Positions 37,331 through 51,501 of a stretch of 64,000 nt of DNA are shown piece after piece. The notes below the pieces were generated by a model. It was not told where the DNA came from. It saw nothing but the letters and a program-made list of their open reading frames with translations, and searched no databases. Source of the DNA: Eledone cirrhosa (taxonomy: Eukaryota); contig OZ024740.1 in assembly GCA_964016885.1 (NCBI GenBank), forward strand, positions 117,924,001 through 117,988,000, in the 5' to 3' direction. The translations under genes were made by a program, and so were the position numbers. Within the stretch, counting starts at the first letter, position 1. Each line of letters begins with the position of its first letter.

Positions 37331-39137
37331 TACGAGGCATGTCAGAGAAGTAATATGACTTATTGAGCTGTGTGAGGTATGAGGGAGGTAGAGAATAGCG
37401 GGTAGTGTATAACTATGATGTCAGCTCTCTACAGCCACTGTATGTTGTTTTCACGTGCTTTTGTTACCAACTCCTCAATTTTAAGCCATCGAGCGATGGG
37501 CCCAGACCAACGAACCAGCCTGACATTTCTGGTCCGTCTGGGGAAAGCTCAGCCAGAATTACGCAGAATACTGCAACAAGTCTATGGAGATGAGATGATG
37601 CCACGCTATTCGACTGAACACAAGTGAGCTTAGTATGGATCACGACAACATTTGAAAGATTATCACCGTTTTTGCGTGCGGAAAATCTGCACGCAAATGG
37701 TGCTTAAGCTACATAATTGCTCATCAAGAAAGTATCTTTAAGACTTCATATTGTGTCGTCTGGTTTATTTAACTCTACTGGGATGAAATAATGGTATTTA
37801 ACTAATGTATTCGAACGCTATGGGGCCCATCCACAGCCCCGGCGGACAGAATGGAGAAGGCGTTTCCCCGGAGGACGACAAGGGAGACGCACTGGAAAAG
37901 CCACTCCAACTCGCGGGGATCACACCTACGGCTAGCCAGCTTAGCGCCTATGGTGGTGAGTAAGGAGGTAGCCCTGGGGCCGAGGACACCAGAAGTTTCC
38001 ACTGCCAGGGGAACGACCGCAAACCTGTCGGAGAGCGACCGGTATTTGAGGAGTTTGACCCCCTCAGCCCGACGTGCAGTAGAACCTGGGTCAGTCGCAG
38101 ACTGCACCAGGTTGCGGCTGCAGAAAGTGTCGGTGCAAGTAGCATCCCAGACGAGGTGTTTGCCACCGCGGAACGGGAAGATGGTCATGCCATCTGGCCT
38201 TTTGCCGTCCCCTCGATCCAGCCCCACCGGCTCGAGCTGGGTAGGGAAGCCTACAGCGTCCAAGCCATGCTTAATGACCTCGTTGAGGGAAGTATGGCGT
38301 GGAATGCGGCCGGCACTGTGGCGACAGGAAAGCGGGTGGAGGCCGAAAGAGTCCACGGTGGAACCGCAGCGACATTGGTGTGGCTGGCAGATCCGGAGGC
38401 TGAGCATCAGGGAAACGCCGATTCGCAGGCTATGGTTGTCTAGCTGACTGCCAGTGGAGAAGGAGGGCAGACGAACAAAAAGAGCAGCGCATGCATCTTC
38501 AAGCGTTTTTAACCAGACTTGGTTGGAGTGTTATCTCCAGCGAGTACAACCCGAAGACCAAGCACCAGAGTGTTCAGTGGATAAATCGGGAGAAAGCAAG
38601 AAAGTTCAAAGTCAAACTCATGTTGATCGCGTTCTTCGAGAGGAGGGACATCGTCTACATAGAGTTTTTGCCACAGCGGTAAAGGAACAACCAGCATGTC
38701 AACAAAGATATCCTGTGGCGTTTGCTTCGTTTAGTGTGCGGGAAGAGGTTAGAGTTGTGACAGAATAACTGGTGGCTGCTTCACTACGACACCGTGCCGG
38801 CCCGCTCACAACACCTTGAGTATCCGGCAGTTCCTGGTTGAGAAGAACATTGCCATGCTGAAGCAACATCCTTACTCGCCAGACCTGCCTCCATGTGATT
38901 ATTATCCTTTTTCCCAGGTCCAAGGGGGCCATAAAGGGGACCTGTTTTCCATCAAGTGGGTTGTGACGATGGAGCTGCAGAGAATCCCAGGAATTCATTG
39001 AAGCGTGATGGAGAACGATGGGAAAGTGTATTAGACCCGAGAGGAATTATCTCGAAGGGGAAAGTTGTATCTTGTAGTTTGGATTTGAAATATTCTTTGC
39101 GATTCCAGTCCTCTTTGCTTTCTGTTCAAACCATAGG
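37331..39137 (+). mobile_element. Tc1/mariner DNA transposon, decayed and interrupted
   Basis: TA-cgaggc.. left end. QRTSLTFLVRLGK..LQQVYGDE, EYNPKTKHQSVQW, KLMLIAFF..DIVYIEFLP, HPYSPDLPPCDY. Degenerate right TIR at ~39107-39137. Confidence 0.85.
37745..38480 (-). mobile_element. CRE-like RLE non-LTR retrotransposon 3' fragment inserted in the mariner
   Basis: ORF 37802-38407: CRCG..HPLSC..RH zinc motif, EP..GKRPDG..LVWDATC..PLAVETSG. GC-rich and uninterrupted. Confidence 0.8.
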
Positions 39138-40402
39138 CATGATTTCCTAAACACATTTACTGAAAACAAACAGGAATATTTCTATATGAAATGTATAACA
39201 TTAGTAATGTAAAATATTTTTGGAAATTGTCTGTTCGTTTACATCTCAAAAGGTTGAATTTTGAAATGTGTCGTGACTGTAAAAGCCTGGAAACCGCTGC
39301 TACAATGGAACGGCATGTTCCCTCTTCCTGGTGTGCTGTGCTAACAACGATGTTTCAAATACCAGCTTGATGCCATTCTGCTCTATTCATATTGCTCTTA
39401 TCTTTGGGGTGAGGGAGAGAGAAGACGTCTCATATTGTCATTTCTATTCTTCTCTAAATATATGACCTGTATTTATATGAGAAATAACTTTTGCTGTTTG
39501 TGGCAAGAATGGAAAGTGTCGTAGGGCATTGAGTAATTACCCAGAAAACACCAAGTGAGATGTGGTTTCCATATCCGTTTAAAGTTATTTCGGTTTCTTA
39601 ACTTTACAGCTTCAGTTTCACTTTCCACTAAATGTAAGACGTTAGTTTAACAGTTAAATGCATCTCAGTATTTAGTTTCGTAAGAATCGACAAATGTTGC
39701 TAGGCAGTGAATAGTAGAATGTAACCAGTTCACAACATTCAGACCGCTAATAGGTTTAGAAAACGCATGTTCGTCGTGCGACGTTGAAGACAGTTGAACA
39801 ACCAAACTTTGAATAGATTTTGTTGATATATTTATATTGGTCGTTTTAAAATCGACATGAGGTTTGAACTAGTGGAAACAAATTGTAAATATTTAATGGT
39901 CGAAATAAGTGTTGAAATTATTTGAACGTAAGCATGTATATTCGCTTCCTTACATAAATTCAATTTCAGATATATATCGGTGCAAAAACAATCAATATTT
40001 GACAAGCTGTTAAAGTGTGTCTTTATTTGATGTAACAGGTTAAGACTGCTATGATACAACGAAAGTGGTAGGTTTGTTTAGGTTAAAAACTGAAATGGCA
40101 CAGCGAAAGTAAATATTCTAAAACCAATATTAAGTGTTATGAAGCGATTATATCAGTTAAAGGTATATACTCGAATTAATTTACATTCCCGTAAGGAACA
40201 ACAGACGTCACGTTAGATTTGGGTGACAGCAATGAGTTAAAAAATCAACATTAAATGTGAAAATAGAATACATACCTAACAAATATAAATGTTGATTAAA
40301 GCTGACTTCAGTGCATTTATCATATTTAATAATGGTTTCTGATTTTCGCACAAGGCCGTCAACCCTCAGAAAGGGTAAATTCGACCAAATCGACTCCAAT
40401 TA

Positions 40403-40539
40403 ATTATTTTATCGACTCCATAAGGATGAAAAGCAAAACTAATTCCGACGGGATTTGAACTAATAACGTAAATAGTCGCAACTATATGCCACAAAACATG
40501 CTGTCCGAAGCTGTACTGTTACTGCTAATCCAACACCCT
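40403..40539 (-). mobile_element. SINE family A, diverged
   Basis: ttttatcgactccataaggatgaaaagcaaa...gggatttgaact. Confidence 0.7.
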
Positions 40540-41126
40540 TTAATTATATTTAACAACACGAAATTGTAGATAGATAACTCGTAATATCAGTTATAAGATA
40601 TTTTTAATGTAGTCTTAGTAATTTTTGCACAAACTCCCATTCAAATTTTGATGCAATAGCAGTATCAAACGAATCATACCTCACGCAAATTCTCATTACA
40701 AATAAATTTCAGACAAGACAACCTCATTTTTAATGGGTTAATACGCCTAGTACTACTCTTTTAAACAACTGTTTGTCTTTAAGGGTGTCTTATGAGAGAG
40801 GTTTGGCAGTTACATCTGAATGTGTTTAAATTATATGTAGTTGTGTCATTTTTGATATGTCTTGCGCGTTTATGTATTAAATTTCAACGTTATTTGAGAA
40901 AGTACGACGATTTATTATTTTAGAGGTATGGATAGAGAAAATATGAAGGTTATTTATTTTTAATGGATAGGTTTTAAGTAATGATGTAGCTAGTGCTGCT
41001 ATTCTACAGTAAGACGTAAACTGATATTTGCACCTGGGCGCCTTTGCGTATTTGAGTTAGAGAAAGTGTACACACACACGCACACACACATAGACAGACA
41101 CACAGACACACACACATATATATTTA

Positions 41127-41168
<42 letters not shown>

Positions 41169-41212
41169 TGTGTGTGTGTTTCTGTGAATCTTACAATAGG
41201 TGTGCAGATATT

Positions 41213-41305
41213 TCTGGATTCGCAATCGTAAGGTTGTGAGTTCGATTCCTGGACCAGGCGATGCGTTATGTCCTTGAGCAAGACACTTTATTTCACGTTG
41301 CTCCT
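41213..41305 (+). mobile_element. tRNA-derived SINE head (family C)
   Basis: gagttcgattcc B-box followed by gtccttgagcaagacacttta. Related copy at ~51328-51455. Confidence 0.65.
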
Positions 41306-41552
41306 TCTACCTGGAGTTGCGACCGATAGATAGTATTAGCAATTGGAAAGACCAACGGAAACATTGTTCCCTCGGTCCGATTTGACGAAAGTCGATCGTT
41401 CCTTTTATATATATGTATATTTATAATATTTATAGTTATTTAACTGATAAGGTGTTTATCTCCAGCCAAGAGATAAAGTCTCGGCATAAGAAATTATCAT
41501 TAGTAACAACTGTGTGGAATCAGATCTATATTTTATAGCAACCTCTACGACA

Positions 41553-41629
<77 letters not shown>

Positions 41630-41637
41630 ATACATAC

Positions 41638-41671
<34 letters not shown>

Positions 41672-42320
41672 ATGTATGTATGTGTGTGTGTATAAAAAAT
41701 ACACATTTAGAAACGTTTAGCGGATAGGAAGTTTTAAAAGAAAAGTTAAGCACATGGAGACGGGAAAATTTGTACAGCGCCACCCATGGGACTCGGACAC
41801 ATTTGCAATATACCAATACACTGTTCTACCATTATACCAGAGCACCAGCCGACGAATTTACCCCTTATTCCAAGCTTTATCAATCAGCTAGAAAGCTAGA
41901 AACAATCTATTATAAGAACCGTTGAGCGGATATGAAGATTTGAATTCATAGTTAATAGCCTCAACGTTTTTGACTAAGCTAATAATTGTTTTTATTCTCA
42001 GTTGGTCAATCTCTATCTAAAATGAAAATGTTTTATGCTCAAAGCAATGAATTAAAATCATATTTCCCCAAGAAATTATTATTTATTATCATCATTATTT
42101 CATATCATACTGGTACTGTAGAGAATAAACTTTTAAATCAATAGATTTGAAAACAAAATTTAAAGCTTTAGATATCTGCTGCTGATCCTTTAGTACATGT
42201 CGCTAATGTTTAGAATTATGTACACATTTGTGGACATCAGTTATTATTTTTGAACGGTTGTTTTATCATATTTATGTAGCATTTTATAGGTAGTTTGGCA
42301 TTAATATTTTTATGATTTAG

Positions 42321-42571
42321 GTAGAAGAAGAAGTGTGAAGTCTATATCACATTCCATGACTGGCGAGAGAAAGGATGACCAGATATTCTCAGACCGGAGT
42401 TCTAACTCACATTCCGGCTACAGAATGAACTCTGCTAAATCCAACCAAAGGATAAACGGTGGTAATAAACCGGGCGGTAGATTTAGACAACTCCAAAAAA
42501 TGAACGATATTTCCGTTGCCATTTCAAGTAGGTTCCTCAACATGAAATTTCACTCAGAATTCTTTGGGTAA
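42321..42571 (+). CDS. Candidate host exon, unidentified
   Basis: T-rich acceptor ..gatttag|, then the open frame RRRSVKSISHSMTGERKDDQ...; possible donor gtaggt at ~42528. Non-repetitive, with no homology recognised. Confidence 0.22.
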
Positions 42572-43199
42572 CTGGAGGCTAAGACACACGCCCAAGAGGA
42601 TATACGATGGGATCCAATATAAATTTACATTTTTCCGAAGGGAAATTCTTACATACACAGCCATGCCTGTGCCTATCGAAGCTGACAATGACTATTATGT
42701 CCTTTTTCTACCAGGATTGAGAAACAATTTCGGACAAGTTTCGGATTTAATCTTATCTCATCGGTAAAGGATATTACTATATTACTTCATCTACACCAAT
42801 AAATATATTTGCTCCGTAAATTAGTTGTCACTATTTTGGTAAGTACGGTAAAGGGCATGCTTCGCTTATGAGGTGAGAAAAGAATCTTTAACTTTTCCAA
42901 CATTTTTCCCGTACTTGCCATTAAAATGAAAAACCTAATATTAGTCATAGATTAATATCATTTCTCCCACTATATATCTATTTCTATTTAACTGCATAAA
43001 ATATCATGCATTAACACAAACGTATTTGTTATTGCATATGAATCCTGCTTCTGTATTATTGGTATGGTATTGTCCTGTAACTCCTGATAGAGTTTAAAGA
43101 CCAGTATTGACATCCCTCTCCAGGCGTGAGTACACCAGATTTCTTCCAGAGATAGGTAGAGAGTGAGAGACAGGAAATAAGAAAGAAATATAGAGCAAG

Positions 43200-43352
43200 A
43201 CCCCAGTACTAGACTGGTATTTTTTTTATCGACCTCGAAAGGATGGAAGGCAAATTTGTCCTCGACGGGATTTCAACTCAGAGAGCAGAGAGCCGGAACG
43301 AATACCATAAAGCATTCTAACCGACGTTCTAACAACTCTGTCAATTCGCTGC
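43200..43352 (-). mobile_element. SINE family A-related
   Basis: actggtattttttttatcgacctcgaaaggatggaaggcaaa..cctcgacgggattt. Confidence 0.7.
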
Positions 43353-43604
43353 CTATCATTAGTCCAATCAATTTTACGTTTCATCCGTCCTGGGCCAATA
43401 AATGTTTACCAGTTATGTACTGGAGTCGCTCCTATAGACGACGCTACCACTTCGAAAGATATATGGCCTAGTGCCAACGTAAAATTCATTGCTATAGTGA
43501 ACTCGATACAATATCTAGACTCTGTGTATGGCAAAATAATAAAAAGAAAACAACACGCCTTAAAGAAAAGTAATAAAATTGCATTCATTGATACATATTC
43601 GAAT

Positions 43605-43635
<31 letters not shown>

Positions 43636-46600
43636 GACAGACACACACACAAACAGACGCACACACACTGTATATATATTTATATATATACAGATATATA
43701 TATTTATAAGCTACTTTACGTTGTAAAACAAACTAACACAGATTAACAATTCTATTTCAATCAGCAGTAACAATAGCTCACGTCAGGCACCAAAGAAGTT
43801 GTATACCATCTTGTCAGACAACCTACCAGCAATTTATTAGCTTTTCCTTTGACTTCATGTATCTCGAAGTGACCAATTTTCACTAAATATCTTTTATTGA
43901 TAAATAATCTATTTCAATTAATGTTTCAGTCTGATGATTTATCCTTAGTGGAAATCTCTAACATCAACGTCAGTTAACAGACGAAATATGTGTATTGCTT
44001 GATTGTCTTCGTGTGCGCACGCGTGTCTATGTGTCTGTTTGACATAATGAAAGATTCGTTGCTTCCAAAGTAGTTAAGTTGGAAGATGAAGTTTATTTTC
44101 GCCTGCAGTGTCACCGTTTCAAGTGAGGATTGGTGCTCAGAAACCTATTCAAATATCTAAAGTTAAAAAGATACTCCAGAGTAGGTAAGCTGACTAAAGT
44201 AATTGCGATGACCACAGGTCTCCATCACATAGAGAAATTACTTGACAAACAAACACGTTTAATTTGCTTAGGAATTCGGAATTTCACTATTCTAGCAAAA
44301 TTGTGCATCAAGATTAACGAGTCTCATACGTGTTATCCTAAGTGTAAATTCATACTATCTTGAATTATATCTCATTCATTACACTGGATTCTTTAAGCAT
44401 TATATAGAGAAACGCATTAGAAATGTGGTGGGCATAAAGCCTTGATGTAGGTTGAGTGCCTTGCTACGGATAAGACGATGAATTGGCAGAGTCGTTAGCA
44501 TGGCGGATAGAATGTTTTGTGGTATTTAGACCTTGGGAGGAGATAGGCTGGACTTGGTTTAGAAATGCCCTAGAAAAACCCACACGAGTCTACCAGGAGG
44601 TACCGGACCATACATACATACTTTTCTACGACATTGATTTAGGCATTACTACATCATATATGGCAATGCAAACATATATCAATGTCACTTTGTGATGTTT
44701 TCTTAGCTGATGATGTCTTACTATCTCATCTCAAAGTTTTACCTTTCTGAATGACCTTTTGATTTACAATTATCTTTAGTGTTATAGTATGTATTTTGTG
44801 TCCTTTGGTACATCAATTTAAACCTACTTTTGCTCTTTTAATGGTCTAGTCCGGAAAAGTTTGTCTCAATGATCTTCACGTTTATTCCACTGAGACTGGT
44901 GAGATCGGCGCAGTTGATGATATACTTGAGAAATTGCCAGTTGACAAATATAGGAAACACATGTACGTAAAGGGTATCACAGAGGGATTAAACTTGGTAT
45001 CAAAACGGTTGGGTGACGTTATTAGTGTGGGCTTGGTGATGATATATAATATGGGTGACGAAAGGAAAATAAATTGATGCATCGGATTGGAATGTGTGAA
45101 TGTAATACGCACCGAGGGAGGTTTGATAAACAGAGACCAATGTAGTAGCGTAGAGGACTAAAATCTGAATTATGTTAGTGACTGCCTTCATGTCAATAAC
45201 ATTTCTTAACTACATGGCCATGGCAATATAGACTCGAAATCTGCAATATTCCCAATTAATATTCTTCGTTTTTGACTAGTCTTGAGGATAATAGTTCAAG
45301 GAGACGCACATACGATTAAATCGATCCCACTATACATCAGTGCTTAGTAAATCAAATCCAGCAGATAGTAACTAAAACATACCAATAAATTTAGCGTTCA
45401 TGATTTTCGTTGATCGTGTAGCGCTGAAGTTCATGATATTCGCAAAGTCATTAATTATGTAAGGTTAAATGGCTTCAACAAGGAAATAAATCCCCAGTGT
45501 TGTTACCGTGGTTCACCAAGAGATTATCTCTTACTCTACAATACTTGCCATCATACGAAAATAATTTTAACTTTGGTTTAGTTTTGTTTTTATTATATTG
45601 TCATTGTTTGTTAAGCAGAAATTAAAAACTGATAATGCAACTGTGATAAATTCAGTGAAAATAGGAAAAGTCGTAATAAAACACATGACCTGTGCAACAA
45701 ATTTAGAATAGAATATTCCAAAATGGTGGATATTATAGAAATTTAAACTAGATGTGATGAAAAATTTAAAGACATTATTTCATGTCTTCCAACCAATGTA
45801 AACAGAGAGCATATCGTACTAAACGGATGCTTTGTATTCTTCAATGACTTAAGGAAAACAAATTACCACGAAACCATAGGCTTTTCTAAACCAGCATGAA
45901 ACGAGATGAGAATTGTTTGTAGGTGCACTCGTTTATTATTATTACTGTTATGTCAAGTTTGATTTCGTGCAAGCACGGTTACCAATATAGTTCTCAAAGT
46001 GCACAGAAAAAATTCTCTATTCTAATTGGAACACTTCATTGTTTCTTAATAACATTTCACCTCTGACGATATTCTTTGCAGGTGGCGCTGACCTATGATT
46101 CATGAAGCAATTTTCCTCCAGCAAAATACAACTATTTCTCAGTAGGATAGCAGTCGCATTTGTATAAACTAGTATTTATTTTTCTCAGCTAATGTAATAT
46201 ATCGATAACGAATCGAAGAAAACCTTGTTATAAAATGAAAAGTCATCATCATTTAAATACAACTATTTACTAATATTAGAAAGACAAGTATTAAATGAAA
46301 TCAAGCGGTAAAAATAGTAGAGATTAACAAAATCTTGTCATGGAAGCAATAACACAACTTATATTAACAATAGTGCCATCGTCCGCATTCAAAATTATGC
46401 TATATAACATGATACACACACACACATACACACATACACACATACACACACATGCACCCCCACACACAAAGTATTCGTAAATAGCCCAAAGATCGAAAGA
46501 AAAATAATAAAATCGATATAGTTGTGAAGGAGTCAATTCATAATCCTAGTCTGTTTCAGGCAATATTGCCCTGCAACTATAAGTTTAACCTCTCACAATT

Positions 46601-49037
46601 ACCAAGAAATATCAATGTTACACTAGACCAAACATATGAATGTTCTTGCAACACTTTCCCTTACAAACAAAACTCATCAACCGTTTAGTTGTATTGCCTC
46701 TCAATTATAACTGGGTACAAGTTATAATTGTGTAAAATAATTTCTTATTGAACCTCCCACTATCAATTTCATGGTTTGCATGAACCCTGAGCCAATGATA
46801 TGTTCCTCAAACGACCAGAAATAGCAGCCAAATCTACATATATATTCGGGAAAATATAATTCCAGATACATTATTTACAAAAACTGGCTGATCCTGTCTC
46901 TAACGACTTTATTCATAGATCCGTTCAATCATATCTAGAATGTTCTATTCGTAAACATCATCACCACCAGCAATAACAATAACAGTAATATTCATTTGAC
47001 TGTATGGATGGGAGCTGACATTAAACCACTAATGCTTTAATTTTATGGAAAAATGAATTTCAGATCTCTCTTCGGTCAAAACAGCTGATAATAATATGTA
47101 TAATCCGGTGGCCACGACATTCTAAAACAAAATCCGTAATATTTTAATTATTCATATTTAGAATCCATTTTCTGTTTTATCATAATCTTAGAAATTCAGA
47201 AATTTACAATATTTGTAGTTGCATTAAATTCAAATTACAAACATCTTGTTTTGTAAAATTTATTCATAACAATGAAAGCAAATTATGACTTGTGTCTCCA
47301 GTTGGTATGTTTAACAAGAGCAGTTAATTTCTAGCTGTATATCCATCTTCAGAAACGTAAAAAATAAGAAAGATGAAAGAGGAGCCTGTGAAATTAGAAA
47401 TAAAAAAAGGATGATTTACAATTGAATTATAGTAAACATTTAATGCATCCCTATAGCACTTTTAGGTCTTATTATTTGCCTCAAATTATTTCTTCTTCTT
47501 TTCTTTCATCTTCTTGAAAGAAGAAAATAGTAATGGTAGCTACAGAAGCCATTTTAACACATCCATCGGTTAAAATCAGGATTGCCATAATCATTGAATT
47601 TCTTCCTAAAGAAATAGAGTTTTTAATATATTTCAGAATGTAGTCTGAACTTTAGTAATCCTAAGATACTATAAATTGAAACCTTTCATCTTTGCAAATT
47701 TCTTGACTTATCCTTCAATGTATTACTTTTCCACCTTCTTTTCTTAAACAAGACTGACATTTCTTCAGCAATATAAAAAAAAATATCAAAGCTTATTTTC
47801 GGTAGAGTATGCTATAGGAATAAATGTTATCGGAAGAAAAGAAAATTATCTCTGATTTCCATGAAGGAATGGGTTGGAGAAATCTTTAAATGTCTTGATA
47901 TTTGAATATTCTGTTTAGTTTCCCTAAAAAATACAATTATAGATATTTTCTATTGCCGAAGAATTTTACTTGTTCATATCAGGTTTTATTGTAAATATGT
48001 TATTTCATTAGTTGACGTTGATGATGATAGTGTTGTTATTTTTGTTAGTTATTGAACACCAGGCCAATTCTAATCGAACAGCACTATGATCAAAACCACG
48101 ATCACCTCATTTTGTTTTCAGGAATAGTGTATCTAGAACTACACTATAAAATGTGTTCATCATTTTCAAGTGAGATTTGAAGATCTGGCTGCTATATTTA
48201 GCAGGTCGACTGACTACAAACAGGCTTTCTAGTTGGCTCATTACTTAGTGAGTGGAGAAAAATGTATGTTGCTTTTAAAATTTTGATCAAAGACTATTTA
48301 ACAGGTAAGTGGAATAGTAAACATTAGCATGACTGGTCCGTATTTCAATAATGTTTGTTTGATGGTGTTCCCAGTGATACCTTTTGTTTCTTAGCCGAAC
48401 CCCACCTATCCTTTGCGAGAAATATTTAATGAATTAGAAAAAAAGGAAATACATACACAAATCATTCCCCGAAAACGCACAAAAACGCCAATAAAATATA
48501 TGGTTAGGAAAGTAATTCCAGAGGGTCAAAGCTCTAGACAGGAGTAAGTACAGAGTTTAGTGCTCTTCTTTGGGGTAGGAGATAAGAAGAAGATATATGA
48601 ATGTATTACGTGATTTTGATTGTGGGTGATACGCAACTAGTTACACTAAAGTTACTAACACAAATATTGCCATACTGATGCTTCATTCTCCTTTTGTCTT
48701 CACCATCATTTATACACTGGAATACCTGACATTTCATCTTTTAATGATCCATAGAGTTTCACATTCAAACCCATGCACCAAATATGCCACCAAAACGTGT
48801 ATCGTCTAAACTGTAAATCTCTGAAGCCTATACTTCTATACTCACATTTGTTCTGCTAGGTAAACAAATTAGAATTCAAGACCAGTATCAGATGTGTCCA
48901 GCTTACCCTTCTACTCGGACCCACATTTAAAAAAATGTATATATATATACACAGGTATGCATATATATGTTTTAAAATGTGCATACGTATAGGCATATAT
49001 AAATGCTACAAGCTTAGATACCCTCAACATTCCCATA

Positions 49038-49951
49038 TCTATATATATAAAACTGTGGTTGTCTGTCTGTCTATCGATTTTTGGCACACATCTCCTCTTA
49101 GAATCTCTCACGGAATTGCACCGAAATTGCTATACGTGTACATTGAGCCCTAGCGAAGACATCGGAAAAAAAATTTTCAAATTGACCCACCCTATGTGAC
49201 GAAATCGAATATAATGTATCGATTTTTGAGCGTAAGTGATCAGTTATTTCCCTTTGTTCTGTTTACATTGAGCGTCTTACGTAAAAAATTACGCTGGCTT
49301 TCTCAGCGTTTCGAGCCAGCAAAATATTGACCTGCAAAATTCATCAGTTCGAACACTAAGCTTCCGTTTTGCTTCATTTCCATTTAAAAGCATTTTAAAA
49401 CAATATTTTTACTTGAAAACAAGTCTATTTAAAGACTACGTAAAACAAGCAAATATTTCGTCGTTAGGCGTGCAGACAGACAGTCGTGCAGACAGACAGT
49501 CGTGCAGAGAGGTGATATACGCGTGCAGACAGACAGTTGTGCAGAGAGGTGATATAGGCGTGCAGACAGACAGTCGTGCAGAGAGGTGATATAGGCGTGC
49601 GGACAGACAGTCGTGCAGAGAGGTGATATAGGCGTGCAGACAGACATAACTGATAATTTGGTTACGCTAATGTTTTTCTCTGCGTTGCAGTGTTTACATT
49701 TTCGATCTTTGTTAATAAATAACCAGTGCAGTTTTTATTCCCAGCATCCTCTTTTGTTATAACATTCGGGTTATCGTTATGTTTTCTTAACTTCATAAGG
49801 CATATTGTTGTTTGAGGGAATATTAATCAAAAACACCACATGCAAGTCTGCACAGTAGACACTACAGTTTTTAAGCCAAAAAAGAAACTTAACATTGTAA
49901 CTTTAACACAGCTACTGAGCGACCCCGAGCAACGCCGGGCTTTACTGCTAG
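49038..49951 (+). mobile_element. Non-autonomous Helitron
   Basis: A|TCtatatatataaaa 5' end, subterminal hairpin cccgagcaacgccggg (49924-49939), CTAG|T 3' end, no target-site duplication. Confidence 0.8.
49466..49646. repeat. Minisatellite (~37-bp unit) inside the Helitron
   Basis: ggcgtgcagacagacagtcgtgcagagaggtgatata repeated ~4-5 times. Confidence 0.9.
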
Positions 49952-50577
49952 TACATAATAAATTTAATTCGAATCTATGTTTTCCAAAATTCGTAAGTCG
50001 TGAGGTGAGGTGAGGGTGGTAATGTTTGAATCTAGTTGGTGGTTATTATGACCAATCTACAATAATATGATGTCCAAACAGAGAAAAATAATGTTTACCA
50101 TTTCCTCAGTTCCTTGTCTATGACACTGACGGCAATATTGCTGAGCGAAATAGAATTAACCATAATTTCTCTTTCGCATTGTCTAGCAAATTCTGGCATA
50201 TTTCCATCCAAGGAACTGATTTTGGCTTCTAACCATGTTTCACTTCCTCCGACCGAAAGGAAAATGGTAACCACGTGTGAGCCTCATCATTAAATGAGTA
50301 TAATGCCTTGGGGAAATGGGAAGGGATCCGATAAATAGACAAAGAGACAGATGGTTAAATAAATACATGGATGTATATGGTGGCTAGATAATCAGTATAT
50401 CTCGATAAATAAAGTAAAAGTGATGTGAGAGAAATGAGAGTAATACACAATGAATTCATTTTGGAACGAAGGTAGGTGGAAAACAGAATGCTAAATGTGA
50501 GTGATTGAAAGACGTATTGAAGAAAATTTTAAGAAATAAAACGAAAGATAAACCATCAAAGAGAGATATAGAGAGAG

Positions 50578-50658
<81 letters not shown>

Positions 50659-51459
50659 CAGACAGGTGGGCAGATTGGTGAACATACAGGTAAGAGGGGG
50701 AGTCACTGAGAGAGAGGAATAACAACATCAAGTGATTTAAAGGGAATGTGCGATGAACACAAGAGAGACTAATAAGGAGAAAAATCATTGGCGAGAAAGA
50801 TAGTGCATGATGGAAAGTGAAACTAGGTATGAATGGAAATCAAACGAGAAGATAGAGAAAGCGATAAAGAATGAAGGTGGGAGAATCAGGGAAGGATAAA
50901 TGTAGGGAAAATGAGAAAGCGAGAGAAATATTAAAAAGCCGTGAAAATGAAAGCGTGCGGAAGAAATTGAAATGTGGGAAGAAAGATGTAGGAATAGATA
51001 TGTATGAAAGGAGCTAGAGATAGCGGGGATTTATAGTAAACCAAAATTCAATAGAAGCATAGGTATCGACCAAGATTGTTGAATGTTTGTTAGTTTCATA
51101 TCAAATGTTTCCGAGTTCAAATATTCTAATATTTATGAAACAAAATTGTTTTTCTTCAGCCAGATGTACAATATTTATTGATTCCGTTTCCGAATTGGTT
51201 CACTTATTAACCAGTTCAGTGTATGCCTATAATAAAAGAAATAATGCTTTCAACGTTTCCTACAAATATAACTTATTTAAGGATTGAGGAGAATACATAG
51301 AGTTAAATCTGATTCTAAATAATGCAGTTGTGGAGACGCGTAATGGAGTGGATATTTCAATAGATTAATGGTCGTACACTCGTGTGTTCCACTTCTAGCA
51401 GCGCGTTGTGTCCTTAAGCAAGGCGCTCTATCTCAAATTGCTCCAGACCACTCTTATTT

Positions 51460-51469
51460 TTCTTCTTCT

Positions 51470-51501
<32 letters not shown>

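Noticed and set aside
37851-38447. 198-aa plus-strand ORF
   Set aside because: Antisense shadow of the GC-rich RLE ORF.
43928-43960. ctgatga...gaaa match
   Set aside because: Stems I and III do not pair; likely chance.
44885-45112. Frames open on both strands for ~65-76 codons
   Set aside because: No recognisable domain or splice signals.
49466-49646. CRISPR-like regular repeats (also 24799-25050)
   Set aside because: Contiguous tandem units without unique spacers, eukaryotic context, no cas genes.
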